Origin: Myxococcota bacterium
GTDB lineage: Bacteria; Myxococcota_A; UBA9042; PHBI01; JAWLBL01
Length of the DNA: 64,000 nucleotides
NCBI GenBank assembly: GCA_041687695.1
Contig: JAWLBL010000018.1
Span: 111,125-175,124, forward strand
Direction: 5' to 3'
Shown here: piece after piece, positions 1-9,814 of the stretch
Layout of the letters: every line of letters starts with the position of its first letter
How positions within the stretch are numbered: the first letter of the stretch is position 1
Made by a program: the position numbers and the translations under genes
The notes under the pieces: generated by a model
Told to the model about the DNA's origin: nothing
What the model saw: only the letters and a program-made list of their open reading frames with translations
Databases searched by the model: none

Positions 1-1
1 C

Positions 2-184
2 AACGGCGCCCTGCTCAACCTCGAGCACCTGCACCTCGGGCCCATCACCGACGTGTCCATCGGCTTCCGCAGCTTCAACCCGCAGGCGATGAGCGGCACG
101 CTGACCTCGGCCCGCGCCCGCAACATCCGCGTCACCCTGCCGCCGTCGGGCGGCGGGGCCGCGCCGCGCCGGCCGCGCCGCTGA
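2..184 (+). CDS. 3' end of a CDS entering from outside the window (hypothetical protein)
   Basis: Open frame NGALLNLEHLHLGPITDVSIGFRSF...PRR* with strong GC3 bias, TGA at 182-184, convergent with the next gene. Confidence 0.65.
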   Translation, partial: NGALLNLEHLHLGPITDVSIGFRSFNPQAMSGTLTSARARNIRVTLPPSGGGAAPRRPRR

Positions 185-186
185 CC

Positions 187-1638
187 TCAGAGGTCGCTCA
201 GGGTCTGGGGGGCTGGCGTCAGCGCGCGCGGGCCCTCGGCGAAGGTGGCGCGCAGGCGGCTGGCGAGATCGGGGCCCGGCTGCAGCGGCACGGTGAACGC
301 GACCGGCACCACGCCCGCACCGGAGGTCGCGCCCTCCCGCCACAGCTGCAGCGCCACCAGGTCGGGGCCGCTGGACAGCTGCCGGCGCGCGAAGGCGACC
401 GTGGCGCGACCGGCCCCCGCCGCGCCCAGGGCCAGGGCCGGGGGAGGCGGCAGCCGCGCGATGGCCAGCTCCTCGGCCTCGAGGGTCGCCCGCGACGACG
501 CGTCGTCGGCCAGGGCGCCGAGCAGGGCGTGCCGGGCCGCGTCGGTCGCGCGGTCCTTCACCGGCCCCCAGAGCACCCCGTCGGCCCGCACCAGCAGCGT
601 CAGGCCCGACGAATACCCGTCGCCGGGGAAGGTCAGGGTGTGCTCGACGTCGAGCCACAGCGCCCCCGGCTCGGCCGGCGGCCGCGCCGCCGGGGCGACC
701 CACAGCCGCGCGTGAGCCCCCTGGACCAGCGGTGACGCCGCCGGCGGCGTGGGAGCGGCGGGCGCCGCGAAGGCGGCCAGCTCGTCCGGGGTGGTGTCGA
801 TGACCAGCGCGCAGCCGTCCGGGGCGCCGACCCGCAGGCGCAGCGCCTCGACCTCCGCGCCGTCCAGCACGCCGGCCGGCGTGGGCAGCGCGACCGTGGA
901 CCCGTCGCCGCCGGTCTCCAGCCGAGACACCGGCGCCATCGCGAAGACGCGGGCGCAGGTCCGGCCCGGGACCACATCGCAGGCGTAGCGCCCCAGCGCC
1001 TCCAGGCCCTCGGTCAGGTGCTGGCGCCGGCGCTTGGCCAGCTCGGCGGCGGGGGGCCTCGGACCGCGCAGCGCGGGGTCGAACAGGCCCAGGGTCAGGA
1101 CCCGGGTCGCCGCGTCGACCGCCACGCGCAGGTCGCCCTCGACCTTCCCGGGCCGGCCCTCGGGCCGCGTCAGCCCCGCCAGCCGCCACAGGGCGGCGCC
1201 CTGCGCCGGGACCCACCACTGGCCCCCCTGACGGCGCAGCGGCAGCGCCGTGACCGGGACCTCGGGCCTCTGCGCGCCCGTCACCTCGAAGCTCACGACC
1301 TGCGCGCGCGCCCCCTCGAGCGGCGTCGCCCCCAGCCGCGCCGCGATCCGCTCGGCCGGCAGCGTCCGCGTCCGCGCGCGCAGCGCCACCCCCTCGAGCA
1401 CCGCCCGCCGCACCGCCTGCCGCTCCTGCTCGCTCGCCTCGTCACCCGCCTGCGCCAGCGTCTGGCAGGCCTCGGCCAGCCGCCCGCTGCGCGCCAGCTC
1501 GACGGCGCTGCTCGCGCAGCCGGCGCCCAGCCCCGCGCCCCCGAGCAGCCCCGCCAGGACCCACCCCCTCAGGGTCGAGCGCCGCGCCCGCGTGGCCCGG
1601 GGACCGCCAATCTCGCACTCCTCGCTCGATCTCCTCAC
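187..1638 (-). CDS. Hypothetical protein, probable lipoprotein
   Basis: GTG at 1638 overlaps the upstream stop (GTGA); signal-like segment WVLAGLLGGAGLGAG-C; the ORF-track extension to 2112 is a shadow of the upstream gene; start uncertain. Confidence 0.6.
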   Translation of the reverse strand: MRRSSEECEIGGPRATRARRSTLRGWVLAGLLGGAGLGAGCASSAVELARSGRLAEACQTLAQAGDEASEQERQAVRRAVLEGVALRARTRTLPAERIAARLGATPLEGARAQVVSFEVTGAQRPEVPVTALPLRRQGGQWWVPAQGAALWRLAGLTRPEGRPGKVEGDLRVAVDAATRVLTLGLFDPALRGPRPPAAELAKRRRQHLTEGLEALGRYACDVVPGRTCARVFAMAPVSRLETGGDGSTVALPTPAGVLDGAEVEALRLRVGAPDGCALVIDTTPDELAAFAAPAAPTPPAASPLVQGAHARLWVAPAARPPAEPGALWLDVEHTLTFPGDGYSSGLTLLVRADGVLWGPVKDRATDAARHALLGALADDASSRATLEAEELAIARLPPPPALALGAAGAGRATVAFARRQLSSGPDLVALQLWREGATSGAGVVPVAFTVPLQPGPDLASRLRATFAEGPRALTPAPQTLSDL

Positions 1639-2918
1639 GACGCGCCCTCCTCCCGACCGCCCGACACCACCGCCAAACCGCCCTCGCCCTCGGCCAGGGC
1701 CAGCTGGCCGCCGTCGGCGTCGACCACCGCCAGGCCGCCAGCGCTGATCGCGTGGCGAGCGCGGATGCTGGCGATGGCGTCCAGGCAGGCGTCGTGGAGC
1801 ATGGAGCCTACCGACTCGTAGTCGGCGACCCGCTGCAGCGCGGGGATGACCTCGGGGCCGGCCACGCGCGCCAGCGCCTGCGCGGCGGCGGTCGAGCCGA
1901 GGCCCAGGTCGTCGCCGAGGACCTCGAGCAGCCAGGGGATCGTCTGGGCCGGAGGCAGGCTGGCGACCACGCGGGCGACGATGTCGCCGCGGGCGGAGGC
2001 CGGGAGGAGCCCCCAGGCGCGCCGGGCGCTCGCGAGGTCCACCGGCGCCTGCAGGCGCACCATGGCGGGCCAGGCGGTGTCGGTCAGGGCAGGGTGCCGC
2101 ACGGTCACCCACGCGAACAGCGCCGCCGCCCGCTCGCGGGTCACCCGGCGCAACAGCTGGTCCAGGGTCTGCCGCCGCAGCGCCTCCGACAGGGCCGGGT
2201 CCCGGACCAGGGCCTCGAGCGCCGGGACGGCCTCGTAGTCGGGCGCCGTGCGGGCGAGGACGTAGCGCAGCACCTGGTCATCGGTCTGGACCGGGCCCAG
2301 GTGGGCGCGCGCCGTCGGCAGCGCGTCGGGGAAGTGCACGTCCAGCAGGGCCAGGGCCAGGGCCCGGTCGCGCTCCTGGACGCCGAGAGACGTGAGCCGC
2401 GCGGTCAGGCGCACCTCGAGCGGCGACAGCGCCGCCAACTGGTCGCCCAGGCGCACGCAGAGGTCGCGCATGGCCCCCAGATGCGGCGCGTCGGGGCTCC
2501 AGTGGCCGCTGACCCAGCCCCAGGAGAGCCGCGCGCCCAGGCCTCGCACATGCTCCTGAAATCCCTGCTGCTCGTCGCGGGTCGCCACCAGCCGCAGCGG
2601 GATGGGCGTGCCCCGGTCGGGCCAGCGTCGCTCGAGGTCCACGGGCGGCGCGCTGAAGACCAGCAGCGGGTGGACGCGGTCGCTGCGGTCGAGGCGGAAG
2701 ACGAATCCCTGTCCGTCGGTCTCGGGCTCGCAGGTGAAACCGTCGACGGCCGGGTCCCCAGGGCGCCGCCCCAGCTCGCGCTTCAGGCGCTGGACCGCGC
2801 TTCGACGCGTCGCCCGCTTGGCCAGCGCGCGCTTGACCGGCGGACCCAGGTGATGGACGGCCATCCCGCCCAGGATCAGCGTGTTGGTGATGGCCCACAG
2901 GACGGTGCCGATCTTCAT
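1635..2918 (-). CDS. Membrane-anchored HEAT/PBS-repeat protein (paralog B)
   Basis: N-terminal TM segment; C-terminal HEAT-like helices (AAAQALARVAGPEVIPAL); tail SAGGLAVVDADGGQLALA shared with the upstream paralog; ATGA overlap. Confidence 0.7.
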   Translation of the reverse strand: MKIGTVLWAITNTLILGGMAVHHLGPPVKRALAKRATRRSAVQRLKRELGRRPGDPAVDGFTCEPETDGQGFVFRLDRSDRVHPLLVFSAPPVDLERRWPDRGTPIPLRLVATRDEQQGFQEHVRGLGARLSWGWVSGHWSPDAPHLGAMRDLCVRLGDQLAALSPLEVRLTARLTSLGVQERDRALALALLDVHFPDALPTARAHLGPVQTDDQVLRYVLARTAPDYEAVPALEALVRDPALSEALRRQTLDQLLRRVTRERAAALFAWVTVRHPALTDTAWPAMVRLQAPVDLASARRAWGLLPASARGDIVARVVASLPPAQTIPWLLEVLGDDLGLGSTAAAQALARVAGPEVIPALQRVADYESVGSMLHDACLDAIASIRARHAISAGGLAVVDADGGQLALAEGEGGLAVVSGGREEGAS

Positions 2919-4228
2919 CGAGCGTCTTCCTCGGCGACGGCCAGCGTCCCGTCCCCTGCGGCCAGGGCCAGCTGGCCGCCGTCGGCGTCGACGAGCGCCA
3001 GGCCGCCGGCGCTGACCGTGTGGCGGGAGCGGATGGCGAGCGCGGCGCGGGCGCAGGCTTCGCGCGTGGGGTCCTCGGGCGGCAGGTCCGCGGTGATGCG
3101 GCCCAGGTGGGGCAGGGCGGCCGGCGTGCCGATGCGGCCCAGCGCGTCGGCGGCGGCCTCGACCACGGTGGCCTCGGGCGCGTCCAGCCGCTCGACGAGC
3201 CAGCGCGTCGTCGCCTCGGAGGCCTCTCCGCGCGCGACGGCGCCGACCAGGTCGGCCCGGATCAGGGCGGAGGACAGGCGAGGCAGGATCCGGGCGGCGA
3301 GCGCGACGTCGAGCGGGAGGCGGGCCCGCACCACGGCACGGGTCGCCGCCTCGAGCAGGAAGGGCGCCTGCTCGGCGGCGTAGTCGAGGAGGTCGCGCAG
3401 CTCCGCGCGCTCGACCCGCGAGGTCAGGGGATCGAAGGCCGCGCGACGGATGCCGCCGTCGAGGTCGCGGTCGGTCAGCAGCTCGAGCAAGGCCTCGCGG
3501 GCCTCGCGCGGAGGGGCGGTGCGAGCGACGGCCCAGCGCGCCAGGGGAGCACCGCGTTCGGCGAGGGCCGCGCGGGCTGAGGGCAACTGGGGCGAGTCGG
3601 GCCAGTGCGCGTGGAGGAGCGCGAGCGCGATGGCGGCGTCGTCCTCGGGCGTCAGCGGGTCGAGGACACGCGCGGCGAGCCGCTCGTCGATCGGGCCCAG
3701 CGCCGAGAGGGCCTCGCCGGCCGCGAAGTAGGCGTCCCGGAGGGCGACCAGATCGGTGAGCGCGTCCGGGGCCACCCCCTCGAGACGTCCGCCAGCCAGC
3801 TGACAGCGCGCGGCGCCGAGCAGGAGCTGCAGCGGCGCCAGCTCCTGCGGCGACGTGACGCGGCCGAGCGGGATGGGCTGCTCGCGGTCGGGCCAGCGGG
3901 CGACCAGGTCGAAGTCGGCATGGATGCCAGCGAGCTGCGGCGCGATGCGCCCGTGGCCGTCCAGGGTCATGACGACGTCCGGCCCGTCGACCTCGGCGTG
4001 GAACAGCAGGCCGTCGCGCGTGACGACGGCGCCGTCGTAGCCGAGCTCGTCGTCGATGCGCTTCTGGGCCAGCCGCCGGGCGCGGGCGTTTTGGTAGTCG
4101 TGGGCCTGGGTGCGGTACAGGAAGTACACGGCGACGACGATGAAGAAGCCAGCCAGGACCAGCACGATGCCGAACCCCGGGACCCCTTCGGCGAAGCGGT
4201 CCCCGTAGCCGGTCAGGTCGGCCATCAT
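2915..4228 (-). CDS. Membrane-anchored HEAT/PBS-repeat protein (paralog A)
   Basis: ATG at 4228 overlaps the WG-repeat gene stop; TM GFGIVLVLAGFFIVVAVYFLY; HEAT-like AAADALGRIGTPAALPHL; tail SAGGLALVDADGGQLALA. Confidence 0.75.
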   Translation of the reverse strand: MMADLTGYGDRFAEGVPGFGIVLVLAGFFIVVAVYFLYRTQAHDYQNARARRLAQKRIDDELGYDGAVVTRDGLLFHAEVDGPDVVMTLDGHGRIAPQLAGIHADFDLVARWPDREQPIPLGRVTSPQELAPLQLLLGAARCQLAGGRLEGVAPDALTDLVALRDAYFAAGEALSALGPIDERLAARVLDPLTPEDDAAIALALLHAHWPDSPQLPSARAALAERGAPLARWAVARTAPPREAREALLELLTDRDLDGGIRRAAFDPLTSRVERAELRDLLDYAAEQAPFLLEAATRAVVRARLPLDVALAARILPRLSSALIRADLVGAVARGEASEATTRWLVERLDAPEATVVEAAADALGRIGTPAALPHLGRITADLPPEDPTREACARAALAIRSRHTVSAGGLALVDADGGQLALAAGDGTLAVAEEDAR

Positions 4229-5250
4229 CGCGACGGCCTCCAGACGACCTTGCCGGCCTTGTCGACGTAGCCCTTGGTGAGGACGCCGGACTCGCTGCGA
4301 AGGCCGACCATCGCCAGCCCGCCGCGGAAGCTCTGGGCGCTGTCGAACGGGTCGTCCCACCTCGCCGGGATGACCAGCGCGCCGGTGCGGTCCATCCAGC
4401 CCCGCTTGCCGTCGACCTTCACCGTGGCCAGCCCCTCGGAGAACGAGCCGTCGACCACCTCGATGGGGGGCTGGGGCAGGACGGAAAGGCGCCCCGTCTT
4501 GTCGATGAAGCCCTGCCTGCCGTCGACCTTCACCAGCGCCAGGCCTTCGCGGAAGCCCCAGGCGAACTCGAAGGTGCGGTCGAAGGCCGGCTGGCCCTGC
4601 CTGTCCACGTAGTACCAGCCCTGATCGGTCATCACCGGCGCCAGCCCCTCGGAGAAGCCGCGCGAGAGCTTGCCCGGCACGCGCAGGGCGATGGACCCGT
4701 CGGGCGCGTAGAAGCGCACCTCGCTGCGGTCCTTCAGCGTCACCGCGACCAGCCCTTCGCGGAAGTCGGCCGGGTCGCCGGTGGCGGCGTCGGGCACGTG
4801 GAAGGCCACCTTGCCGGTGCGCTCCAGGTAGGCCAGCCGGCGTCCTGGCAGCTCGGCCCAGGCCCGCCCGTCGTGGAAGTCGCCCACCCGGTCCCATCGC
4901 CCTTGAAAGGCCAGCTTCCCCGCCTTGTCGAAGAAGGCCCAGATGTCACGGTCGGCCCGCGAGGCGGCCAGCCCCTCGTGGAAGTCGCGGACGTGCTCGA
5001 GCGCCGGCGCGATGACGTAGCCGCCCTTGGCGTCGATGAAGCCGTAGCGACCGTCGACCAGCACCCGCGCGAGGCCGTCCGAGAAGCGCGACGCCGCGTC
5101 GAAGCGCGGCGCGATGACCACGCGCCCCTTGGCGTCGATGAAGCCGGCCTTGCCGCCGACCTCTACGACGTAAAGGGCGGGCTCGGCGGGGGGCGCGGCG
5201 ACCGATGCGGTCGAGAACAACGCGAGCGCGGCGGCGAGGAAGGTGAGCAT
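4225..5250 (-). CDS. Secreted WG-repeat (KWG/WG_beta_rep) protein
   Basis: Signal peptide; repeated GFIDxKG...F(S/R/H)(E/D)GLAxV units. Confidence 0.9.
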   Translation of the reverse strand: MLTFLAAALALFSTASVAAPPAEPALYVVEVGGKAGFIDAKGRVVIAPRFDAASRFSDGLARVLVDGRYGFIDAKGGYVIAPALEHVRDFHEGLAASRADRDIWAFFDKAGKLAFQGRWDRVGDFHDGRAWAELPGRRLAYLERTGKVAFHVPDAATGDPADFREGLVAVTLKDRSEVRFYAPDGSIALRVPGKLSRGFSEGLAPVMTDQGWYYVDRQGQPAFDRTFEFAWGFREGLALVKVDGRQGFIDKTGRLSVLPQPPIEVVDGSFSEGLATVKVDGKRGWMDRTGALVIPARWDDPFDSAQSFRGGLAMVGLRSESGVLTKGYVDKAGKVVWRPSR

Positions 5251-5359
5251 GACCGGCAGGGTAGGTCGCCCCCGCCCGGCCCCGCAAGGGCAGGGCGGAG
5301 GGCCGGGGCCTTGCGTGGATGATCTCCGGTGGGGCGCCGGTTGGTTAGGCTCAATCGGC

Positions 5360-5944
5360 TCAGGACGGCCTGGCCTCTTTCGCGAGCTTGGCGGCGCAGT
5401 GCTCCCTCAGGTGAGGGGTGTGGGCTGCGAGCTCCTCCCAGAGGTCGCGTTCTTGCGTGAAGAGCCTTTGAGCTCGCTTGATCGCGTTGGCTCGAAAGGA
5501 TGGGTGGACATCCGGGCGATCATCGAGTTCGAAGAGCCGGCGGTACAAGGCGGCGCGCTCGACGAAGTGCTTCTGGAGTTGGCCATGCGCGCGATCAAAC
5601 AAGGATTGCGCGACGGCGAGCGCTTCATCCCCTATGTCGTGGTGAGCGGCCGAGTACTCCGGTGGCCAGCCCAGGTTGGTTGCGGTCTGGCTCAGCCGAC
5701 CGCCCGCGGCCACGATGGCGTCCTCGTCGAGGAGCACATAGCCGAAGCGTGCGGGGTCGGGGGGACGCCGGGTGCCGTAGAAGGAAGCGAGCGCCGTCGT
5801 CGGATCGCAGCCTGCATTCATGAGCACGACCGAGATGGTCGGGTACTGACCGGCCAGGTTGGCAACCCTGGCTTCAGAGCTCCCTGGCCCGTCGTCCAGC
5901 CACGGGTCGAGTGGCTGGAGCACGCGCAGGAACTGGCGCGGCAC
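5360..5944 (-). CDS. Hypothetical protein, possible ADP-ribosyltransferase/RES-like fold toxin
   Basis: Third gene of a lower-GC cassette; F-L-R near the N-terminus, I-S-V, and H-H-D-I spaced like an R-S-(H/E) ART core (inference). Confidence 0.5.
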   Translation of the reverse strand: MPRQFLRVLQPLDPWLDDGPGSSEARVANLAGQYPTISVVLMNAGCDPTTALASFYGTRRPPDPARFGYVLLDEDAIVAAGGRLSQTATNLGWPPEYSAAHHDIGDEALAVAQSLFDRAHGQLQKHFVERAALYRRLFELDDRPDVHPSFRANAIKRAQRLFTQERDLWEELAAHTPHLREHCAAKLAKEARPS

Positions 5945-5953
5945 GACCCTTGC

Positions 5954-6553
5954 TCAGTCCTGAAGGATGCGATGGGCCAGTCGAGCCGACTCGCGTACGA
6001 AGTCGCTGGGATCTTCTTCGGACAGAATGGCCAGGCGGGCGATCAGGGACGGATCCCGTTCGTCCAGATGCCGCAAGCTGTCGATGGCGACGGAGCGGAT
6101 TCCCGAGCGGGGACTGTCGATGGCCTGCAGCAGGACGGCCATCACTTCCGGGCGCCACCTTGGCAGGTCCTCGGCAATGAAGGTCAGGCTCCTCAGGGCG
6201 GCGTGACGCTCCCAGGGGTGAGCGGACTCGTCGAGTGAGATGCGCTTCAAGAACGCGACGTCACCCGCAAGTAGAGGACGGCTGCTGACCTCGGCTCCGA
6301 CGGTCTCAGCCAATTCGGAGATCGCAGCCTCTCGGTCCGACCGGGTCGCGCATTCCCAGAGTTCGCGAAGCCAGGCGCTCGGAGGGGACTGCAGCATCTG
6401 CTGGCGGTCGAGAACGGTCGATGCACTCAGGCTGTCTTGCCACCAGGCCAGGGCGTCCGCCGACTCGAAGCGGCGTTGTTCTCCTGCTTCCCGAAGCACG
6501 AGAACGCTCACCTCTTCCAAGGCCGACGGTAGGTCCATCATGGGAACGCTCAT
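5954..6553 (-). CDS. Small protein with C-terminal HEAT repeats
   Basis: ERHAALRSL / IRSVAIDSL / VRESARLA helical repeats; ATGA overlap with the upstream gene. Confidence 0.7.
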   Translation of the reverse strand: MSVPMMDLPSALEEVSVLVLREAGEQRRFESADALAWWQDSLSASTVLDRQQMLQSPPSAWLRELWECATRSDREAAISELAETVGAEVSSRPLLAGDVAFLKRISLDESAHPWERHAALRSLTFIAEDLPRWRPEVMAVLLQAIDSPRSGIRSVAIDSLRHLDERDPSLIARLAILSEEDPSDFVRESARLAHRILQD

Positions 6554-7323
6554 CCCTGAAGCTCCTTGAGAAGCGATTCGGTGAGACTTCCGAAGAACAA
6601 CTCGTTCTTGAACTCGCGGAGCGCGCTCAAGCGCTCCCAGGCCACGACGAGTTCGGTGTCCTCGGGCAGGGAGGTCGACACGTCGATGTCGAGCGTGACG
6701 CTGCGCCTCACCTGGGGATCCGAAGACGCGTCGGCCACCAGACGAATGCGTCCGACCAGGTCCGCTTCAGGCCTGAGCACCGGCATGGTCAACTCGAATC
6801 CGACGAGCGAGGCGGCCGGTCCGAGCAAAGGACGCGTCCTCAGCGAGATCGCCAGATCCTCCATTCCCAGGTTGAGTCGGTTGATGTAGCGCAGCCCTAC
6901 GCGCGTGACACGCTCGACCGAGACCGCGTCGAGATACCTCGCCCAGTAGGCTTCGGCCTCGCTCCGCAGGTTCGCGAAGCTGTCATAGGGAGCGAGTTGG
7001 CTGTAGGTGAAGCCGTCCAACCGGAACTGAGCGACTCGGTTTTCCTGGTCGTTCAGGAACATCAGGCCGCGCGGGACCTGCTGGGATGAAGCCGCGACCG
7101 TGCCGCCGAGCGCGAACTGGAATTCTCCCTGCAGCAGGGTGCGGGACCGTGGCAGACCGGCACCGAGCCGCTCCCTCGCCTGGTCGAGGTGTGCGAACGC
7201 CGTCCCCGGCTCGAGGTCCACGCGCAGGTCGATGAGGGCCTCGACAATGGGGGCCTTGCTGCCCAGATGCGGATAAGGAGGCTTCCGGTTCACGGGGTCG
7301 ACGCGGCTCTCAGCGGGTTGCAC
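6550..7323 (-). CDS. TIGR04255-family protein
   Basis: YPHL..APIVEALIDLRV N-terminus, RVGLRYINRL, LDIDVS and C-terminal LREFKNELFFGSLT, as recalled for this family. Confidence 0.85.
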   Translation of the reverse strand: MQPAESRVDPVNRKPPYPHLGSKAPIVEALIDLRVDLEPGTAFAHLDQARERLGAGLPRSRTLLQGEFQFALGGTVAASSQQVPRGLMFLNDQENRVAQFRLDGFTYSQLAPYDSFANLRSEAEAYWARYLDAVSVERVTRVGLRYINRLNLGMEDLAISLRTRPLLGPAASLVGFELTMPVLRPEADLVGRIRLVADASSDPQVRRSVTLDIDVSTSLPEDTELVVAWERLSALREFKNELFFGSLTESLLKELQG

Positions 7324-7332
7324 CTGTCGGTA

Positions 7333-7376
7333 TGGTGATCCTCGATGATCACCAGGTCAACCCGCTGTCAACCCGC
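7333..7376 (-). promoter_or_regulatory. Putative promoter/operator of the TIGR04255 cassette
   Basis: Perfect inverted repeat TGGTGATC-N6-GATCACCA (7333-7354), 10-bp direct repeat GTCAACCCGC x2 (7356-7376), TTGACA on the minus strand (7366-7371). Confidence 0.45.
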
Positions 7377-7394
7377 CAAGCCCAGCGGGCGTTC

Positions 7395-8069
7395 CTAGGC
7401 GTAGGCGAGGGAGAGGGCGAAGGCGGCGAAGGGCAGGGCGGACAGGCCCAGGCGCCTCCAGCGGGCGGGGCCGTCGTGGGCGGTGGCCGAGAAGGTGAGG
7501 GCGAGCCAGCCGAAGAAGCCGAGGACGGCGAGGAGGCCGAGCCAGGGGTTGGGCATCCAGTCGGAGGCGTAGCGGGCCTGGTAGTAGGCCAGGCGGTCGC
7601 CGTCGGGGAGGGGGCGCTGCTCGGTGGCGGCGGCCTCGGCCTCCCAGCGGACCAGCAGCGGGACCAGGGCGGCGTCCACGCGGGCGCGCCAGTCGGGGTC
7701 GACGCCCAGCAGGGTGCGCGAGGCGAAGAGGCCGGCGCGCAAGAGGGTCAGGGTCTGCACGGCGTCGGGCAGGTCGCCGCGGGCCAGCTGGGCCTCGTGC
7801 AGCTTCCACAGGCGCTCGGCGGCCTCGTCGCGCCAGGTGGCGCCCACGGGCAGGGTCCAGCTGATGGCGGCGCGCCACTCGAGGGCGGCGACCAGCTCGT
7901 CGCCGCGGGTCAGCGCCTCGTCGCCGCGGTGCAGGGCCGCGGGGCCGCTGACGGCGACCCGCAGCACGACGCCGAGCAGCACCACCGCGGCGGCGGCGGC
8001 CCACAGGCGCCAGGGCCGGCGGGGCGGAGCGGGCGCCGGGGCGGCGGCGGGGGCCTCAGACGAAGTCAC
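7395..8069 (-). CDS. Hypothetical membrane protein, last gene of the pil operon
   Basis: GTG at 8069 overlaps the pilI end; N-terminal TM, helical middle, two C-terminal TMs. Confidence 0.65.
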   Translation of the reverse strand: MTSSEAPAAAPAPAPPRRPWRLWAAAAAVVLLGVVLRVAVSGPAALHRGDEALTRGDELVAALEWRAAISWTLPVGATWRDEAAERLWKLHEAQLARGDLPDAVQTLTLLRAGLFASRTLLGVDPDWRARVDAALVPLLVRWEAEAAATEQRPLPDGDRLAYYQARYASDWMPNPWLGLLAVLGFFGWLALTFSATAHDGPARWRRLGLSALPFAAFALSLAYA

Positions 8070-8877
8070 GGCGCTGGAAGGCCAGGACGGCCAGCGCGAG
8101 GAAGATGGCGCCGTAGGCGAGGCCGTAGGCGAAGGAGTGGCCGACGTAGGCCCAGGGCGTCTCGACACCCATCAGGACCTGCTGGCTGGTGTTGAAGACG
8201 CTGAGATCGGGGAAGGTCGCGGTGACCGCCTCGCCGAAGGGGCGCAGGCCCGGGTTCTTGGTGAAGAAGCCCTTGGTCTGGCCCAGCATCTCGGCGACCA
8301 CGTAGACCACGCGGCCGACGGCGAACAGGCCGGCCGTGAACAGCGCCGTCATCACCGGCGACGAGATGGCCGAGAACATCACGGCGGCCGCGGTGACCAG
8401 GCCCACCTCGAAGAAGACCAGGGTCAGGCCCTTGACCAGCTCGGCCGTGATGGGCACGCCCTGCACCGACAGCACCAGGAACCAGACCAGCGCCAGGCCC
8501 ACCACCTCGACCAGCAGGATGCCCCACAGCCCGAAGTACTTGCCCAGCACGACCTCGTAGCGCTGCACCGGCTTGGACACGATGGTGAAGATGGTCTTCT
8601 TCTCGACCTCCTTGTGCAGCAGGACCGCGCCCATGACGATGGCGGTCACCACGCAGAACAGGCTGATGGCGAAGAAGCCGAAGTCCAGCACGACGCGCGG
8701 CCCCTCGCCCACCACGCTCAGCTCGGCCAGCACCATCGAGCAGCCGATGAAGGCCACCGCGCTGACCAGCAGGCCGATGAAGACGCGGTTGCGCACCGCC
8801 TCGCGGAAGGTGTTCTGGGCGATGGCCCCGACGCGCGCGGGGCTGATGATCTCGCTGAGCTCAGGCCGCACGGGCAT
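8056..8877 (-). CDS. pilI: ABC-2 type permease, PilI-like
   Basis: [43 protein letters not shown] end; follows the ABC ATPase in a pil locus. Confidence 0.8.
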   Translation of the reverse strand: MPVRPELSEIISPARVGAIAQNTFREAVRNRVFIGLLVSAVAFIGCSMVLAELSVVGEGPRVVLDFGFFAISLFCVVTAIVMGAVLLHKEVEKKTIFTIVSKPVQRYEVVLGKYFGLWGILLVEVVGLALVWFLVLSVQGVPITAELVKGLTLVFFEVGLVTAAAVMFSAISSPVMTALFTAGLFAVGRVVYVVAEMLGQTKGFFTKNPGLRPFGEAVTATFPDLSVFNTSQQVLMGVETPWAYVGHSFAYGLAYGAIFLALAVLAFQRRDFV

Positions 8878-9814
8878 CCCCCTCGGACCGACGCATGAAG
8901 AACTGCTCGAGGGTCTCGCGGTGCGCGTTGACCGTCAGCACCTGCGCGCCCGCCTCGACCAGCAGGCGCAGCGCCTCCTGGGCGCGCGCCGTCTCGACCG
9001 CCACCGTGAGCCCCTGCGGGCCCTCGGTCAGCCGTGCGCCCAGCGCCTCGAGCGCCGGCCGCGCCGCCTCGGGCACCCCCGCCGCCACGATGTCGGTCAG
9101 GCTGCCGTCGCCCTCCAGCAGCTCGCGCAGGGCGCCGACCCGCTCGACCGCCCCGTCGCGCAGGATGGCGACCCGGTCACACAAGGTCTCGATGTCGTGC
9201 AGGATGTGCGACGACAGGAAGATGGTCTTGCCCTCGGCCCGCAGCGCGGCGATGAGCTCGCGCACCTCGTGGCGCCCCACCGGGTCCAGGCCGCTCATCG
9301 GCTCGTCCATCACCACCAGCCGCGGGTCGTTGACCAGCGCCTGCGCGATGCCGACCCGCTGCAGCATGCCCTTGGAGAAGCCCCGCAGGCGCCGGTGCTT
9401 GGCGTGGCCCAGGCCCACCCGGTCGAGCAGCTGGTCGACCCGCGGGTGGCGCACCTTGCGCGGGATGCGGAAGAGCTTGCCGTAGAAGTCGACCACCTCG
9501 AAGGCGGTCAGGTAGTCGTAGAAGTAGGGGTGCTCGGGCAGGTAGCCGATGTGCTGCCTGACCGCCGCGTCCTCGGCCGGGCGCCCGAACAGGCGCACCG
9601 AGCCGGCGGTCGGCTGAATCAGGCTCATCGCCATCTTCATCGTCGTGGTCTTGCCGGCGCCGTTGGGGCCCAGGTAGCCGAAGATCTGCCCCTGCTCGAC
9701 GTCCAGCGTCACCCCGCGCACGGCCTGCACGCGCTTGAGCCGGAAGCCGACCTTGAACTCCTTGTGCAGGCCCTCGAAGGACAGGGCGGGCGCCTGCGGG
9801 TCGATCTGCGTCAT
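8861..9814 (-). CDS. pilH: ABC transporter ATP-binding protein, PilH-like
   Basis: Walker [10 protein letters not shown], signature FSKGM, Walker B VVMDEP, SSH motif; ATG at 9814. Confidence 0.85.
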   Translation of the reverse strand: MTQIDPQAPALSFEGLHKEFKVGFRLKRVQAVRGVTLDVEQGQIFGYLGPNGAGKTTTMKMAMSLIQPTAGSVRLFGRPAEDAAVRQHIGYLPEHPYFYDYLTAFEVVDFYGKLFRIPRKVRHPRVDQLLDRVGLGHAKHRRLRGFSKGMLQRVGIAQALVNDPRLVVMDEPMSGLDPVGRHEVRELIAALRAEGKTIFLSSHILHDIETLCDRVAILRDGAVERVGALRELLEGDGSLTDIVAAGVPEAARPALEALGARLTEGPQGLTVAVETARAQEALRLLVEAGAQVLTVNAHRETLEQFFMRRSEGDARAA

